DNA of 64,000 nucleotides from Brevundimonas sp. SL130. Its GTDB lineage: Bacteria > Pseudomonadota > Alphaproteobacteria > Caulobacterales > Caulobacteraceae. The stretch spans positions 2,146,657-2,210,656 of the forward strand of contig NZ_CP113064.1 of assembly GCF_026625805.1 (NCBI RefSeq). Reading direction: 5' to 3'. Below, piece after piece: positions 19,030 through 28,897 of this stretch (position 1 is the first letter of the stretch; each line of letters starts with the position of its first letter). The notes below the pieces were generated by a model that was given only the letters and a program-made list of their open reading frames with translations, searched no databases and had not been told where the DNA came from. Position numbers and translations under genes: made by a program.

Positions 19030-20397
19030 ATGGTCCCAGCCGCCTTTGCGGGCGATGGGCGCACGGACGTCCATGGGGAGACGACTAACTTGGCTTTCGA
19101 CGCGCGTGTATTGATCCTGGCGGCCCAGGATGGCCGGATCGGACCGCTCGCGGCCGGACTGGACGCCCTCGGCTGGACGACCGTCACTGCCCGCGACCTG
19201 GCCGCGGCCGAGGCGACGCTGCAAGACTTCCCGCTGGACGCCGCCGTGATCGATTTCGATTCGTACCAGGACGACGCCGTCGCTCGACTGCGCGCCGCCG
19301 CCCATCCGCGCAGCCTGCCGGTCATGGTGGTCGGCGCCCCGCGCGGTTCCGCGGCCGATGCGGACCTCGCCGTCACCACACCGCCCCATCCCGCCCAGGC
19401 GGCCCTACGCCTGGAGCAGATGACCCGCGCGGCCGTGGCCGAGGAGGAGTTCGATCTTCGCTGCGACACCTTCGCCGCGCGCGGCCTGGATCTACAGCCC
19501 GGCGGCCCCGATCATTCGCCCCTGCGTATTCTGGCCGCCGGCGTGGCCGAGCGCCGCTTCCTGGCCCTGTCCAACGCCCTGACCGCCTCCGGGGTCGAGG
19601 TCGTCGCCGCCCCCACCCCCTACACCGCCTTCGACTATCTGCACGAAAGCCCGTTCGACGCCGCCGTCCTGTGGGGCGCCAAGGACCATGCCCCGGCCCT
19701 GTCCATCGCCTCGGGCATGAAGCGCAACACCCGCCTCTATCACATCCCCCTGATGCTCTATCTCCGGGGCGGCAGCGAGATGAGCCTGGACGAGCTGTTC
19801 AACCGGGGCTTCTCCGACGTCGCCACCGCCGACACCCGCGAAGACGAGACCGCCGAACGCCTGCTGGCCCTGGCCAAGTCGCACCGTCGCTACCTGACCA
19901 TCCGCAAGGCGCTGGATTCGGTTCGTGGCCTGGACATCATGGACCCGACGACCGGCCTGTTCACCCCCGAACTGTTCGCCGCCCACCTGGCGCGGGTCGC
20001 CGACGCCTCGCGCGCCCGGCGACGCCCCCTGTCGGTCTGCGTCCTGCGGGTGCGTGAGAACGAGGCCGTCGCCTGGGCCCGCCAGGGCGGCTGGCTGGAC
20101 CGCGCCCTGCCCCAGATCGGCGCCATGATCTCGCGCCTCGTGCGGGTCGAGGACACTCCGGCCCGCCTGGCCAAGGAAGTCTTCGCCCTGGCCCTGCCGG
20201 CCACACGCGGCGAGGCCGCCCGCCTGGCCGCCGAACGGATCGCCGCCGTCATCGGCTGCACCGCCTTCGACGCCGGCCCCGACCGCTCGCCCTTCGTCGC
20301 CGAATTCGACGTCGGCGCCGCCGAAATGCGCCCCAACGAATCCGCCGGCGCCCTGCTGGAGCGCGCCTCCGCCGATTTGTTCGACAAGGTGCGGTAG
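19030..20397 (+). CDS. REC-REC-GGDEF-like protein with a degenerate GG(D/E)EF motif. PleD/PopA-like architecture.
   Basis: 455 aa from MVPAAF, with an RBS-like aagggg upstream. There are two receiver-like domains (AVIDFD..., LRILAAG...DAAVLWG). The C-terminal GGDEF fold has DPTTGLFTPELF and RPLSVCVLRV, but AKEVF where GGDEF would be. The ORF-track start at 18913 would leave only 5 bp to the divergent gene. Confidence 0.5.
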   Translation: MVPAAFAGDGRTDVHGETTNLAFDARVLILAAQDGRIGPLAAGLDALGWTTVTARDLAAAEATLQDFPLDAAVIDFDSYQDDAVARLRAAAHPRSLPVMVVGAPRGSAADADLAVTTPPHPAQAALRLEQMTRAAVAEEEFDLRCDTFAARGLDLQPGGPDHSPLRILAAGVAERRFLALSNALTASGVEVVAAPTPYTAFDYLHESPFDAAVLWGAKDHAPALSIASGMKRNTRLYHIPLMLYLRGGSEMSLDELFNRGFSDVATADTREDETAERLLALAKSHRRYLTIRKALDSVRGLDIMDPTTGLFTPELFAAHLARVADASRARRRPLSVCVLRVRENEAVAWARQGGWLDRALPQIGAMISRLVRVEDTPARLAKEVFALALPATRGEAARLAAERIAAVIGCTAFDAGPDRSPFVAEFDVGAAEMRPNESAGALLERASADLFDKVR

Positions 20398-20546
20398 GGT
20401 TGGATCATGTCCCCCTCGGGCAGATGTGCGAAAGGCCCAAAAGTTGCGCGCCGTAACGTTTCCGAGAGCGGAAATCGACGATTGAACCAAAGCGCGTCTT
20501 CGAGCCGTTGCGAACGAGAGAGTACAGCCAACGCTATGCTTCGATC

Positions 20547-21281
20547 ATGACAAAAGCAGGTCACCCCTCACTCGTTCGCGATATTCGCTTCTTCACCGGC
20601 AGCAGCTACACTTGCGGATGCCACGAGGCGACTGCGTTTGGGCGGCGAGTTTCATTCCTCCTACGATCTCGCGGCTACAGCTTTGGGTCTTGGCACCATC
20701 TCTACATACGCACAGTCGAGGGTGATCAGGCTGACACCCCCGTCGTGGCGTTGGAGGGCTTCGAGTGGTGGCATCGATTCGTCGAGGTCGCTGTTCCGCC
20801 AGGATTTGCCGCAATGGACGAAGGCAAGCGAACACAACTTTTGATTGCCCGAACCAAGCACGTACTAAGATCGCTCTTTCCCAATAATGGCAGCGTGCTC
20901 GAAGAAGTACTCGCCGAGGCCGAGCGAGAACGGGATCGCCTACGTTTTCTGATAAAGCGAAAAAAAATCGGCAATCAAAGCGTGGAAGCGAGTTTCAACC
21001 TGGCCACCTGGCCAGCCCCCTCAGATCTCATCCTTGTCATAAAAGACCACAAAGCAAGTATTTGTCTATCTTCAGCAAGGATCGAGCTAGAATTTTACGC
21101 TGACGCCTTCAGCCTAGTCGGCGACATACGCCGAGAGGGCGAAACTGTAAAAATAGTCCCGAAGACGTCTTTCACAGCGCAGTTGGTGGCGACGCGGTAT
21201 GAGACGTCACTCACCCTTCCTCTGACGACCTTTAGAGCATGGCTCGCTTTGACGGAATCGGGATTCCCAAGTTTGCGGTGA
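20547..21281 (+). CDS. Hypothetical protein with no recognisable domain, in low-GC (about 52%) DNA next to IS630.
   Basis: 244 aa from MTKAGHPSL. Base composition differs sharply from its surroundings. The stop codon TGA is formed at the left terminus of the adjacent IS. Confidence 0.45.
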   Translation: MTKAGHPSLVRDIRFFTGSSYTCGCHEATAFGRRVSFLLRSRGYSFGSWHHLYIRTVEGDQADTPVVALEGFEWWHRFVEVAVPPGFAAMDEGKRTQLLIARTKHVLRSLFPNNGSVLEEVLAEAERERDRLRFLIKRKKIGNQSVEASFNLATWPAPSDLILVIKDHKASICLSSARIELEFYADAFSLVGDIRREGETVKIVPKTSFTAQLVATRYETSLTLPLTTFRAWLALTESGFPSLR

Positions 21282-22316
21282 TCTGATTCAACATTCGTGC
21301 TGGATGGGAGGCCAGCCCGGATGACGGCTCCTTATTCGATGGATCTTCGTGAGCGAGCGTTGGCGCGTAAGGCGGAGGGCGAGACACACCGGGAGATCGC
21401 GGCGGCGCTTCGGATCAGTCCGTCTTGCGTGTCCAAGTGGACGAAGCGAGTTGGAGAGACAGGTTCGGTGGCGCCGGGCCAGGTCGGCGGCCACAAGCCT
21501 CGCACGCTATCAGGAGACTGCGCCGAATGGCTGCGCACCCGCATCGCCTCAGGGCCGTTCACGCTCAGAGGGCTGACGGCCGAACTTGCCGCGCGCGGGA
21601 TCAAGACCGGCCCTCGAGCGGTGTGGGTGTTCGTGCACGCTGAAGGACTGAGCTTCAAAAAAAACACTGCTGCCTGAGGAGCAGGCCCGGCCTGACGTCG
21701 CGCGCCGCCGCGCACGCTGGAAGGCGCATCAGGGGCGGATCGACCCGTCGCGACTGGTGTTCCTGGACGAGACCTGGGTCAAGACCAACATGGCGCCCTT
21801 GCGCGGCTGGGGGCCGAGGGGGCGACGCTTGAAGGGCCACTCGCCCTTCGGTCACTGGAAAACCCTGACCTTCATCGCCGCCCTGCGCCATGACCGGATC
21901 GACGCGCCCTGGGTTATCGATGGTCCGATCAACGGCGCGATCTTCCTCGTCTACATCGAGAAAATACTGGCGCCGACCTTGTCGCCTGGCGACGTCGTCG
22001 TCCTCGACAACCTCGGCAGTCACAAGGGCAAGGCCGCCCGCGCCGCTGTCAGGGCCAAAGGCGCACACATGATCTTCCTGCCCCCTTACTCCCCCGACCT
22101 GAACCCCATCGAACAGGTCTTCGCCAAGCTCAAACACCTCATGCGCAACGCCCAGCCCAGAACCTTTGAAGCCACATGGCGAAAGGCCGGAGAGATCATC
22201 AATCTCTTCAGCCCCGCCGAATGTGCGAACTACCTCGTCAACTCAGGATACGGTTCCGTGTGAAGGAAGCACGCTCTAGCCCGCTCGTTTGCCTCCCTCC
22301 CACGTCGCATCTGATC
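21280..22316 (+). mobile_element. IS630-family insertion sequence, about 1.04 kb
   Basis: The ends are imperfect inverted repeats: GATCTGATTCAACATTCG...GGGAGGC on the left, and on the right the reverse complement of GCCTCCC...CGCATCTGATC. The transposase is internal. Boundaries are approximate. Confidence 0.65.
21297..22263 (+). CDS. IS630-family DDE transposase. The two ORFs join by a +1 shift at an A8 run (TTCAAAAAAAAC, about 21655-21666).
   Basis: orfA (HTH, MTAPYSMDLRERALARKAEGETHREIAAAL) ends just after the A8 run. Removing one A gives a continuous ...FKKTLLPEEQARPDVARRRARWKAHQGRIDPSRLVFLDETWVKTNM..., which matches IS630 transposases. orfB carries the DDE region (DNLGSHK...PPYSPDLNPIE). 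Confidence 0.7.
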
Positions 22317-22529
22317 GCGGGGCCCCTGATATAAGGCGGGACTCGGTACGCCCGCTTTACACGTCAAACAGACCATCAACGTGTCCGCTTACAGGCAGGC
22401 GGCCGGCCCCTTGCCCGCGGCGATGCGTCCTTGTCGTTTCATGCCTTGAGCTGGCGACCAGACGATCCACCGTACTGCGCCCGCGATACACCCGATCCTT
22501 GCCCCCAAGAACGAGCCGCGGCGGGAACC

Positions 22530-25500
22530 TTACGCCCCCGCCACCCGCGCCAGATCGGCCGTGATCCGCTCCGCCACCTTCAGCCGCTCTTCCGCCGTCG
22601 GCCAGTCGCCCGTCACCACAATCTTCTGATCCGGCCGGATCTTCCAGAAGGCCTGGTTCTTCTGGATCAGCCCAACCAATCCAATGGGATTGGGGAAGCT
22701 GTTGTCGCGCAGGGTCAGCACGGCGCCGCGCGGCCCGATGTCGATCTTCTCGATACAGGCGCGGCGACAGTTCGACTTGATGCCGACGATCTTCAGCAGT
22801 TGCTGCGCCTCGTCCGGCAGGGGCCCGAACCGGTCGATCAGTTCGGCGGCCAGGGCTTCACGATCCTCGGCCTGTTCGGCGTCGGACAAGCGCCGATACA
22901 GGCTGAGACGGACGTTCAGGTCCGGCACATATTCCTCTGGAATCAGGACGGAAGCCCCGACGTTGATCGACGGCGACCAGCCGCGATCCACAGTGGCCCC
23001 CTCGCCCTTCTCGCGCAGCTCGGCGACCGCGTCTTCCAGCATCTGCTGATACAGTTCGACCCCGACCTCGCGGATATGGCCCGACTGTTCGTCGCCCAGC
23101 AGATTGCCGCCGCCGCGCTGGTCCAGGTCGTGGCTGGCCAGCTGGAAGCCGGCGCCCAGATTGTCGAGCGACTGCAACACCTGCAACCGCCGCTCGGCCG
23201 ACAGGGTCATCGGCTTGACCGCGTCCGTGGTCAGATAGGCGAAGGCCCGCGCCTTGGACCGGCCGACCCGGCCCCGGATCTGGTACAGCTGCGCCAGGCC
23301 GAACATGTCGGCGCGGTGCACCACCAGCGTATTGGCCGTCGGAATATCCAGCCCGCTCTCGACGATAGTGGTCGAGACCAGCACATCGTATTCGCCGTCA
23401 TAGAAGGCGCTCATCACCTCCTCGAGCTGGGTCGCCGACATCTGGCCGTGGCCGACCACGAACTTGATCTCAGGCACCTGCTCGCGCAGGAATTTCTCGA
23501 TGGCCGGCAGGTCCTTCAGGCGTGGCGCGACATAATAGGCCTGACCCCCGCGATATTTCTCGCGCAGCAGGGCCTCGCGCACCAGCACCGGATCCCACGG
23601 CGTCACATAGGTCCGCACCGCCAGGCGATCGACCGGCGGGGTGGCGATGATCGACATCTCGCGAATGCCCGACAGGGCCATTTGCAGGGTGCGCGGGATC
23701 GGGGTGGCGGTCAGGGTCAGCAGGTGAACATCGGCGCGCAGCGACTTCAGCTTCTCCTTGTGCTTGACGCCGAAATGCTGCTCCTCGTCGACGATGACCA
23801 GGCCCAGGTCGCGGAAGCCGACCTGTTCGGACAGCACCGCATGGGTGCCGACGACGATCTCGACCGAGCCGTCCTTCAGCCCCGCCCGCGTCTCCGCCGC
23901 CTCCTTGCCTCCCACCATCCGCGACAGTTGCCGCACCTTCACAGGCCAGCCGGCGAACCGTTCGGTGAAGGTCTTGTAGTGCTGGCGCGCCAACAGGGTC
24001 GTCGGCGCCACAATGGCCACCTGCTGCCCCGTCATGGCCACCACAAAGGCGGCCCGCAGCGCCACCTCGGTCTTGCCGAAGCCGACGTCGCCGCAGATCA
24101 GCCGATCCATCGGCGTGCCCTTACCCAGATCCTCCAGCACGTCGCCGATGGCGTTCAGCTGATCGTCCGTCTCCTCGTAGGGGAAGCGGGCGCAGAATTC
24201 GGCGAACAGGCCCGGCGGCGGCACGACAGCGTCGGTCTCGCGCAGCGCCCGCTTGGCGGCGAGCGCGATCAGCCCCTCGGCCATGGCGCGCAGGCGCTCC
24301 TTGGCCTTTGACTTGCGCGCCTGCCAGCCGGCCCCGCCCAGCCGGTCCAGCTGGGCGCCTTCTGAATCCGAGCCGTATCGGGTCAGAAGGTCAATGTTTT
24401 CAACCGGCAGATAGAGTTTGCTCTCACCGGCGTACAACAGCTCCAGGCAGTCGTGCGGCGCCTGCTGGATCTCCAGCGTCTTCAACCCCTCGTACCGCCC
24501 GATGCCGTGATCCAGGTGAACCACCAGGTCGCCAGTGGTCAGGGCCGAGGCCTCGGCCAGGAAGTTCGACGCCCGCCGCTTCTTGCGCGGCCGCGCCAAC
24601 CGGTCGCCCAGGATGTCGGTCTCGGAGATAACCGCGACCTCGTCCGTCGCAAACCCATGCTCCACCGGCAGGACGCCGCGCAGATACAGGTCCTTCGGCG
24701 CGGTCTGGACATCGGCCCAGTCGCGCACGGCGACGATATGATCCAGGCCGTGGTCGGCCAGCATGGTCGCCAGACGTTCCGACGAGCCCTCGGTCCACGA
24801 GGCGAACAACACCCGCTTGCCGTCGGCCTTCAGCGCGGCCGCATGGGCCGCCACCGCCTCAAACAGGTTGACGCTGTCCTGCGCCCGCTCGGCCGCAAAG
24901 GTCCGACCCAACCGGCCGCCGGCGTCCTCGCCACCGCCCGAGAAGGGCGTGAACCGTCGCACGGCGCGCCCCGCCAGCGCCTGGTTCCAGTCGCCGGCGT
25001 CCAGATACAGCGATCGGGGCGGCAGGGCGCGATTGGCCGCCGCGTGCCCTTTGGTTTTCGCCGCTTCCGTCCGCCCATCATAGGCGTCGGCGATCAGGTC
25101 CCACCGCTCGGCCCGCGCGCTCTCGGCCTGATTGTCGAGGAAGATCAGCGCCTGATCCGGCAGATAGTCGAACAGCGAATCCAGCGTCTCGTAAAACAGC
25201 GGCAGCCACTGCTCCATGCCCTGACGCCGCGCGCCCTCGCTGATGGTCGCATACAGCGGGTCGTCGCCCGGCGCCCCGAACAGGTTCAGATAGCCGGTGC
25301 GGAACCGCGAGATGGCCGCCGCATCCAGCAGGGCCTCCGACACGGGCGCCAGCGACACCGCCGTCATCTGGCCCGTCGATCTCTGGGTCTCGGGGTCGAA
25401 GGTGCGGATCGATTCCAGTTCCGATCCGAACATGTCCAGCCGCACCGGCTCCTCGAAGCCCGGCGGATAGACATCGACCACCCCGCCCCGCACCGCGAAC

Positions 25501-25985
25501 TCGCCCCGCTCAGATACGGTCGAGGCCCGGACATAGCCGTTGGCCGCGAAATATCGCTCCAGCGCCTGGATATCCAGATCGCGGCCCACCTTGGTCTCGA
25601 ACCCGGCCTGGGTCGTCACCGACCTGGGCGGCGTCCTCTGCATGGCCGCGCCGACGGTCGTGACCACCAGAACCGGCGCGTCCCCCGGCTTGCGCTGGGC
25701 CAGCCGCGTCAGGGTCGCCATCCGCTGGGCGGCGATCCCCGGCGTCGGGCTCAGCCGGTCATAGGGCAGGCAGTCCCAGGCCGGATATTCAAGAATTTCG
25801 ACATCTTGCGAGAAGAAGCGAAACGCCTGAACGAATCCGCCAGACCGCTGATAGTCGCGCGCCACGAACACGCCGATCCCGCCGGCGGCCTTGATCCGCT
25901 CGGCGACGACCAGGGCGTCCAGCCCCTCCGGCGCCCCGCCCAGATCGGCGTCGGTGCGGTGCTGCACAGTGACCTGTTGATCCAT
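22530..25985 (-). CDS. mfd: transcription-repair coupling factor Mfd
   Basis: 1151 aa. RNAP-interacting domain, superfamily-2 helicase motifs ([18 protein letters not shown]) and a TRCF C-terminal domain. Confidence 0.95.
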   Translation of the reverse strand: MDQQVTVQHRTDADLGGAPEGLDALVVAERIKAAGGIGVFVARDYQRSGGFVQAFRFFSQDVEILEYPAWDCLPYDRLSPTPGIAAQRMATLTRLAQRKPGDAPVLVVTTVGAAMQRTPPRSVTTQAGFETKVGRDLDIQALERYFAANGYVRASTVSERGEFAVRGGVVDVYPPGFEEPVRLDMFGSELESIRTFDPETQRSTGQMTAVSLAPVSEALLDAAAISRFRTGYLNLFGAPGDDPLYATISEGARRQGMEQWLPLFYETLDSLFDYLPDQALIFLDNQAESARAERWDLIADAYDGRTEAAKTKGHAAANRALPPRSLYLDAGDWNQALAGRAVRRFTPFSGGGEDAGGRLGRTFAAERAQDSVNLFEAVAAHAAALKADGKRVLFASWTEGSSERLATMLADHGLDHIVAVRDWADVQTAPKDLYLRGVLPVEHGFATDEVAVISETDILGDRLARPRKKRRASNFLAEASALTTGDLVVHLDHGIGRYEGLKTLEIQQAPHDCLELLYAGESKLYLPVENIDLLTRYGSDSEGAQLDRLGGAGWQARKSKAKERLRAMAEGLIALAAKRALRETDAVVPPPGLFAEFCARFPYEETDDQLNAIGDVLEDLGKGTPMDRLICGDVGFGKTEVALRAAFVVAMTGQQVAIVAPTTLLARQHYKTFTERFAGWPVKVRQLSRMVGGKEAAETRAGLKDGSVEIVVGTHAVLSEQVGFRDLGLVIVDEEQHFGVKHKEKLKSLRADVHLLTLTATPIPRTLQMALSGIREMSIIATPPVDRLAVRTYVTPWDPVLVREALLREKYRGGQAYYVAPRLKDLPAIEKFLREQVPEIKFVVGHGQMSATQLEEVMSAFYDGEYDVLVSTTIVESGLDIPTANTLVVHRADMFGLAQLYQIRGRVGRSKARAFAYLTTDAVKPMTLSAERRLQVLQSLDNLGAGFQLASHDLDQRGGGNLLGDEQSGHIREVGVELYQQMLEDAVAELREKGEGATVDRGWSPSINVGASVLIPEEYVPDLNVRLSLYRRLSDAEQAEDREALAAELIDRFGPLPDEAQQLLKIVGIKSNCRRACIEKIDIGPRGAVLTLRDNSFPNPIGLVGLIQKNQAFWKIRPDQKIVVTGDWPTAEERLKVAERITADLARVAGA

Positions 25986-26323
25986 CAGCCGATACCCTTG
26001 CCGACCTCGGCCGCCACATGTTCGCGCATGAAGGCCCGCACCTTGGCCATCACCGGCGTCTCGAACTCGGCCGGCGTCGGGTCACGCTCGATGATCCAGC
26101 CGTAGAGCCACTGGTCCTCCTCGTCGATCAGCAGCTCGAGCTGGTCCAGCTCGGCGTCCGTCAGGGTCGGCGCCACCTGGTCCGAGAACGGGCCCAGCAC
26201 CATGTCGGCCTCGCGGAAGCCGCGCCGCCAAGAGCGGAACTGGATTCGGCCCAGCCGCTGTTTGCGCTCCAGGGCCGTTTGGTCGCCACTGTCGTCTTGG
26301 GGATGCGCGTCGATGTCGGTCAC
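25985..26323 (-). CDS. sdhE: FAD assembly factor SdhE (succinate dehydrogenase assembly factor 2 family)
   Basis: 112 aa from a GTG with aagga 7 nt upstream. Conserved RGxxE...DxxLGPF...L(T)DAELDQLELL motif region. The stop overlaps the mfd ATG (TGATG). Placement between mfd and recG is the conserved alphaproteobacterial order. Confidence 0.65.
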   Translation of the reverse strand: MTDIDAHPQDDSGDQTALERKQRLGRIQFRSWRRGFREADMVLGPFSDQVAPTLTDAELDQLELLIDEEDQWLYGWIIERDPTPAEFETPVMAKVRAFMREHVAAEVGKGIG

Positions 26324-26458
26324 AAGGATCCTTGCCCGTTGAATATGCCAGGTGCGCTCAAGCAGAGAGCCGCCGCGCGGCGAGCGATCGCGCACCCGGA
26401 ATGGAAGAAGCGCAGATAGCCTTCCTGAACGGACTTCGCCACCCGTCATGGTCACGCT

Positions 26459-28558
26459 ATGTTCCCGGCGATGCGTCCGCAGATTCTCTTTCCCCTGTTC
26501 GCCGAGGTCTCCAGCCTGAAGGGCGTGGGCCCCCGCGCCCTGCCCCTGGTGCAGAAGGTGGCGGGGCCGCTGGTGCGCGACCTGGCCTTCCTCAGCCCGT
26601 CGGGCGTCATCGTCCGCCGGCCCATGGAGGCGGCGACCGCCGTGGACGGCGAGGTCGGGATCTTCGAGATCGTCATCGACCGCCTGTTCGTCCCCAGCCG
26701 CCCCGGCGCCCCGCTGAAGGTCCGCGCCAGCGACCCGACCGGCTTCGTTCACCTGGTCTGGTTCGGCGGCTCGCCCCAGCATATCGACCGACTGCTGCCG
26801 CGCGGCGAGACCCGGCTGGTCTCGGGCAAGGTCGAGCGGTTCAACGGCGAGGTCCAGATCGTCCACCCGGACATCGTCACCCTGGACAAGGCCGCCGACA
26901 TCCCCGCTTCCGAACCCGTCTATCCGGCGACCCAGGGCTTGACCTCGCGCCAGTTGCGCAAACTGGTCCAGGCCGCCCTGCCCGCCGCCCCCGACCTGCC
27001 GGAATGGCAGGACCCCGCCTGGCTGAAGAAGCAGAACTGGCTGGGCTGGCGCGCCGCCCTTGACGCCCTGCACGCCCCGGCGGGCGAGCTGGACCTGACG
27101 CCCGACGCCCCGGCCCGCCAGCGCCTGGCCTATGACGAATTCCTGGCCCACCAGCTGGCCCTGGCCCGCCGTCGCCGCGCCCGCGAAATCAAACCCTCGC
27201 CCGTCATGGCGCCCGGCCCCGCCTCCGACCACCTGCTCCAGGCCCTGCCCTTCACCCTGACCAACGCCCAGGCCCAGGCCGTCGCCGAAATCCGCCGCGA
27301 CCTGGCCTCCGGCAAACAGATGGGCCGCCTGCTTCAGGGCGACGTCGGTTCGGGCAAGACCGCCGTCGCCGCCCTGGCCCTGGCCGACGCGGCCTCCAGC
27401 GGCTTCCAGTCCGCCCTGATGGCCCCGACCGAAATCCTGGCCCGCCAGCATTACGAAAAGCTCGGCCCCTTGCTGGAGTCGGCCGGCGTCGCCTCCGTCC
27501 TGCTCACCGGCCGCGACACCAACGGCCAGAGGCGCGAGAAGCTGGCCGCCCTGGCCTCGGGTCACGCCCAGGTCGCCATCGGCACCCACGCCCTGTTCCA
27601 GGACGCCGTCCGCTTCGACCGCCTGGCCCTGGCCGTCATCGACGAGCAGCACCGGTTCGGCGTCAGCGAGCGCCAGCGGCTCCAGGCCAAGGGCGATCCG
27701 CGAATCGGCGCCGTCCACCTGCTGACCATGTCGGCCACCCCCATCCCCCGCACCCTGGAACTGACCCAGTACGGCGAACTGGAGGTCAGCCGCCTGATGG
27801 AGAAGCCGCCGGGCCGCACCCCCGTCACCACCGCCGTCGTCCCCCTGGTCCGCATCGGCGAGGTCGCCGCCCGGTTGAAGACGGCGCTGGACGCCGGCGC
27901 CCAGGCCTATTGGATCTGCCCTCTCGTCGCAGAATCCGAGGCCATCGACCTCGCCGCCGCCGTCGATCGCGCCGACGATCTGCGCCGCCTGCTGGGGGTC
28001 GAGGTCGGCCTGGCCCATGGCCAGATGCCGGGCGCCGAACGCGAAGCCGTCATGGCCGACTTCGCCGACGGCCGCCTCCCCCTGCTGGTCGCCACCACCG
28101 TGGTCGAGGTCGGGGTCGATGTGCCCAACGCCTCCATCATGGTCATCGAACACGCCGACCGCTTCGGCCTGGCCCAGTTGCACCAACTACGCGGCCGCGT
28201 CGGTCGCGGCTCAAAGGCCAGTTCCTGCATCCTGCTGTACGGCGGCCAGGACGGCGCCCTCGGTGAAACCGCCAAGGAACGCCTCGAGACCCTCCGCCGC
28301 ACCGAGGACGGCTTCGTCATCGCCGAGGAGGACTTCCGCCTGCGCGGTGGCGGCGACCCCCTGGGCCTGAAACAGAGCGGCTTCCCCGCCTACCGCTTCG
28401 CCGACCCGATCCGTCACCGGTCCCTGATGCTGGCCGCCGCCGACGACGCCCGCCTGATCCTGGGCCGCGACCCCGACCTGACCTCCGAACGCGGCCAGGC
28501 GGTTCAGGTGCTGGAAGAGCTGTTCGACTGGAAGGGGCATAAGGCGGGGGCAGATTAA
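26459..28558 (+). CDS. recG: ATP-dependent DNA helicase RecG
   Basis: 699 aa. Wedge domain plus helicase motifs GDVGSGKT and DEQHRFG. Confidence 0.95.
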   Translation: MFPAMRPQILFPLFAEVSSLKGVGPRALPLVQKVAGPLVRDLAFLSPSGVIVRRPMEAATAVDGEVGIFEIVIDRLFVPSRPGAPLKVRASDPTGFVHLVWFGGSPQHIDRLLPRGETRLVSGKVERFNGEVQIVHPDIVTLDKAADIPASEPVYPATQGLTSRQLRKLVQAALPAAPDLPEWQDPAWLKKQNWLGWRAALDALHAPAGELDLTPDAPARQRLAYDEFLAHQLALARRRRAREIKPSPVMAPGPASDHLLQALPFTLTNAQAQAVAEIRRDLASGKQMGRLLQGDVGSGKTAVAALALADAASSGFQSALMAPTEILARQHYEKLGPLLESAGVASVLLTGRDTNGQRREKLAALASGHAQVAIGTHALFQDAVRFDRLALAVIDEQHRFGVSERQRLQAKGDPRIGAVHLLTMSATPIPRTLELTQYGELEVSRLMEKPPGRTPVTTAVVPLVRIGEVAARLKTALDAGAQAYWICPLVAESEAIDLAAAVDRADDLRRLLGVEVGLAHGQMPGAEREAVMADFADGRLPLLVATTVVEVGVDVPNASIMVIEHADRFGLAQLHQLRGRVGRGSKASSCILLYGGQDGALGETAKERLETLRRTEDGFVIAEEDFRLRGGGDPLGLKQSGFPAYRFADPIRHRSLMLAAADDARLILGRDPDLTSERGQAVQVLEELFDWKGHKAGAD

Positions 28559-28596
28559 TAGGGACGGCCACGCCCGCGCCCACGCCCAACACCCAA

Positions 28597-28728
28597 CACC
28601 CGTCATCCTAGGCCTTGTGCCTAGGATCCATAGACTCAGACGCCAGGAACGATCGCACATCCGCCGACCACGCCCGACGCTACACACCGAGCGTATGGAT
28701 CCTAGGCACAAGGCCTAGGATGACGGTG
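28597..28728. repeat. Long inverted repeat with 31-bp perfect arms, about 35 bp counting a 1-nt bulge, and a 61-bp spacer. MITE-like or structured-RNA-like.
   Basis: Arm 28602-28632 GTCATCCTAGGCCTTGTGCCTAGGATCCATA pairs with arm 28694-28724 TATGGATCCTAGGCACAAGGCCTAGGATGAC. It lies between the recG stop and the next gene. Confidence 0.6.
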
Positions 28729-28897
28729 ATCAAACAGCTCCCGCCACGTCTGCTGTTCCACATGGCGGACTTGGGGTGGAGGCGCAGAGCCCTATCGTTT
28801 CAGCCCCTGATCGCCTCCATCAGCGGCGTGATTCCCAGCACCGCCCTTTGGATCTTGCCTCATGCTTTTGGCGTCGCGACCGGCTAGAACGCCCCGG

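Noticed and set aside
28597-28728. Rho-independent terminator of recG
   Set aside because: A 31-35-bp stem with a 61-nt loop and no downstream T-tract is not a terminator.
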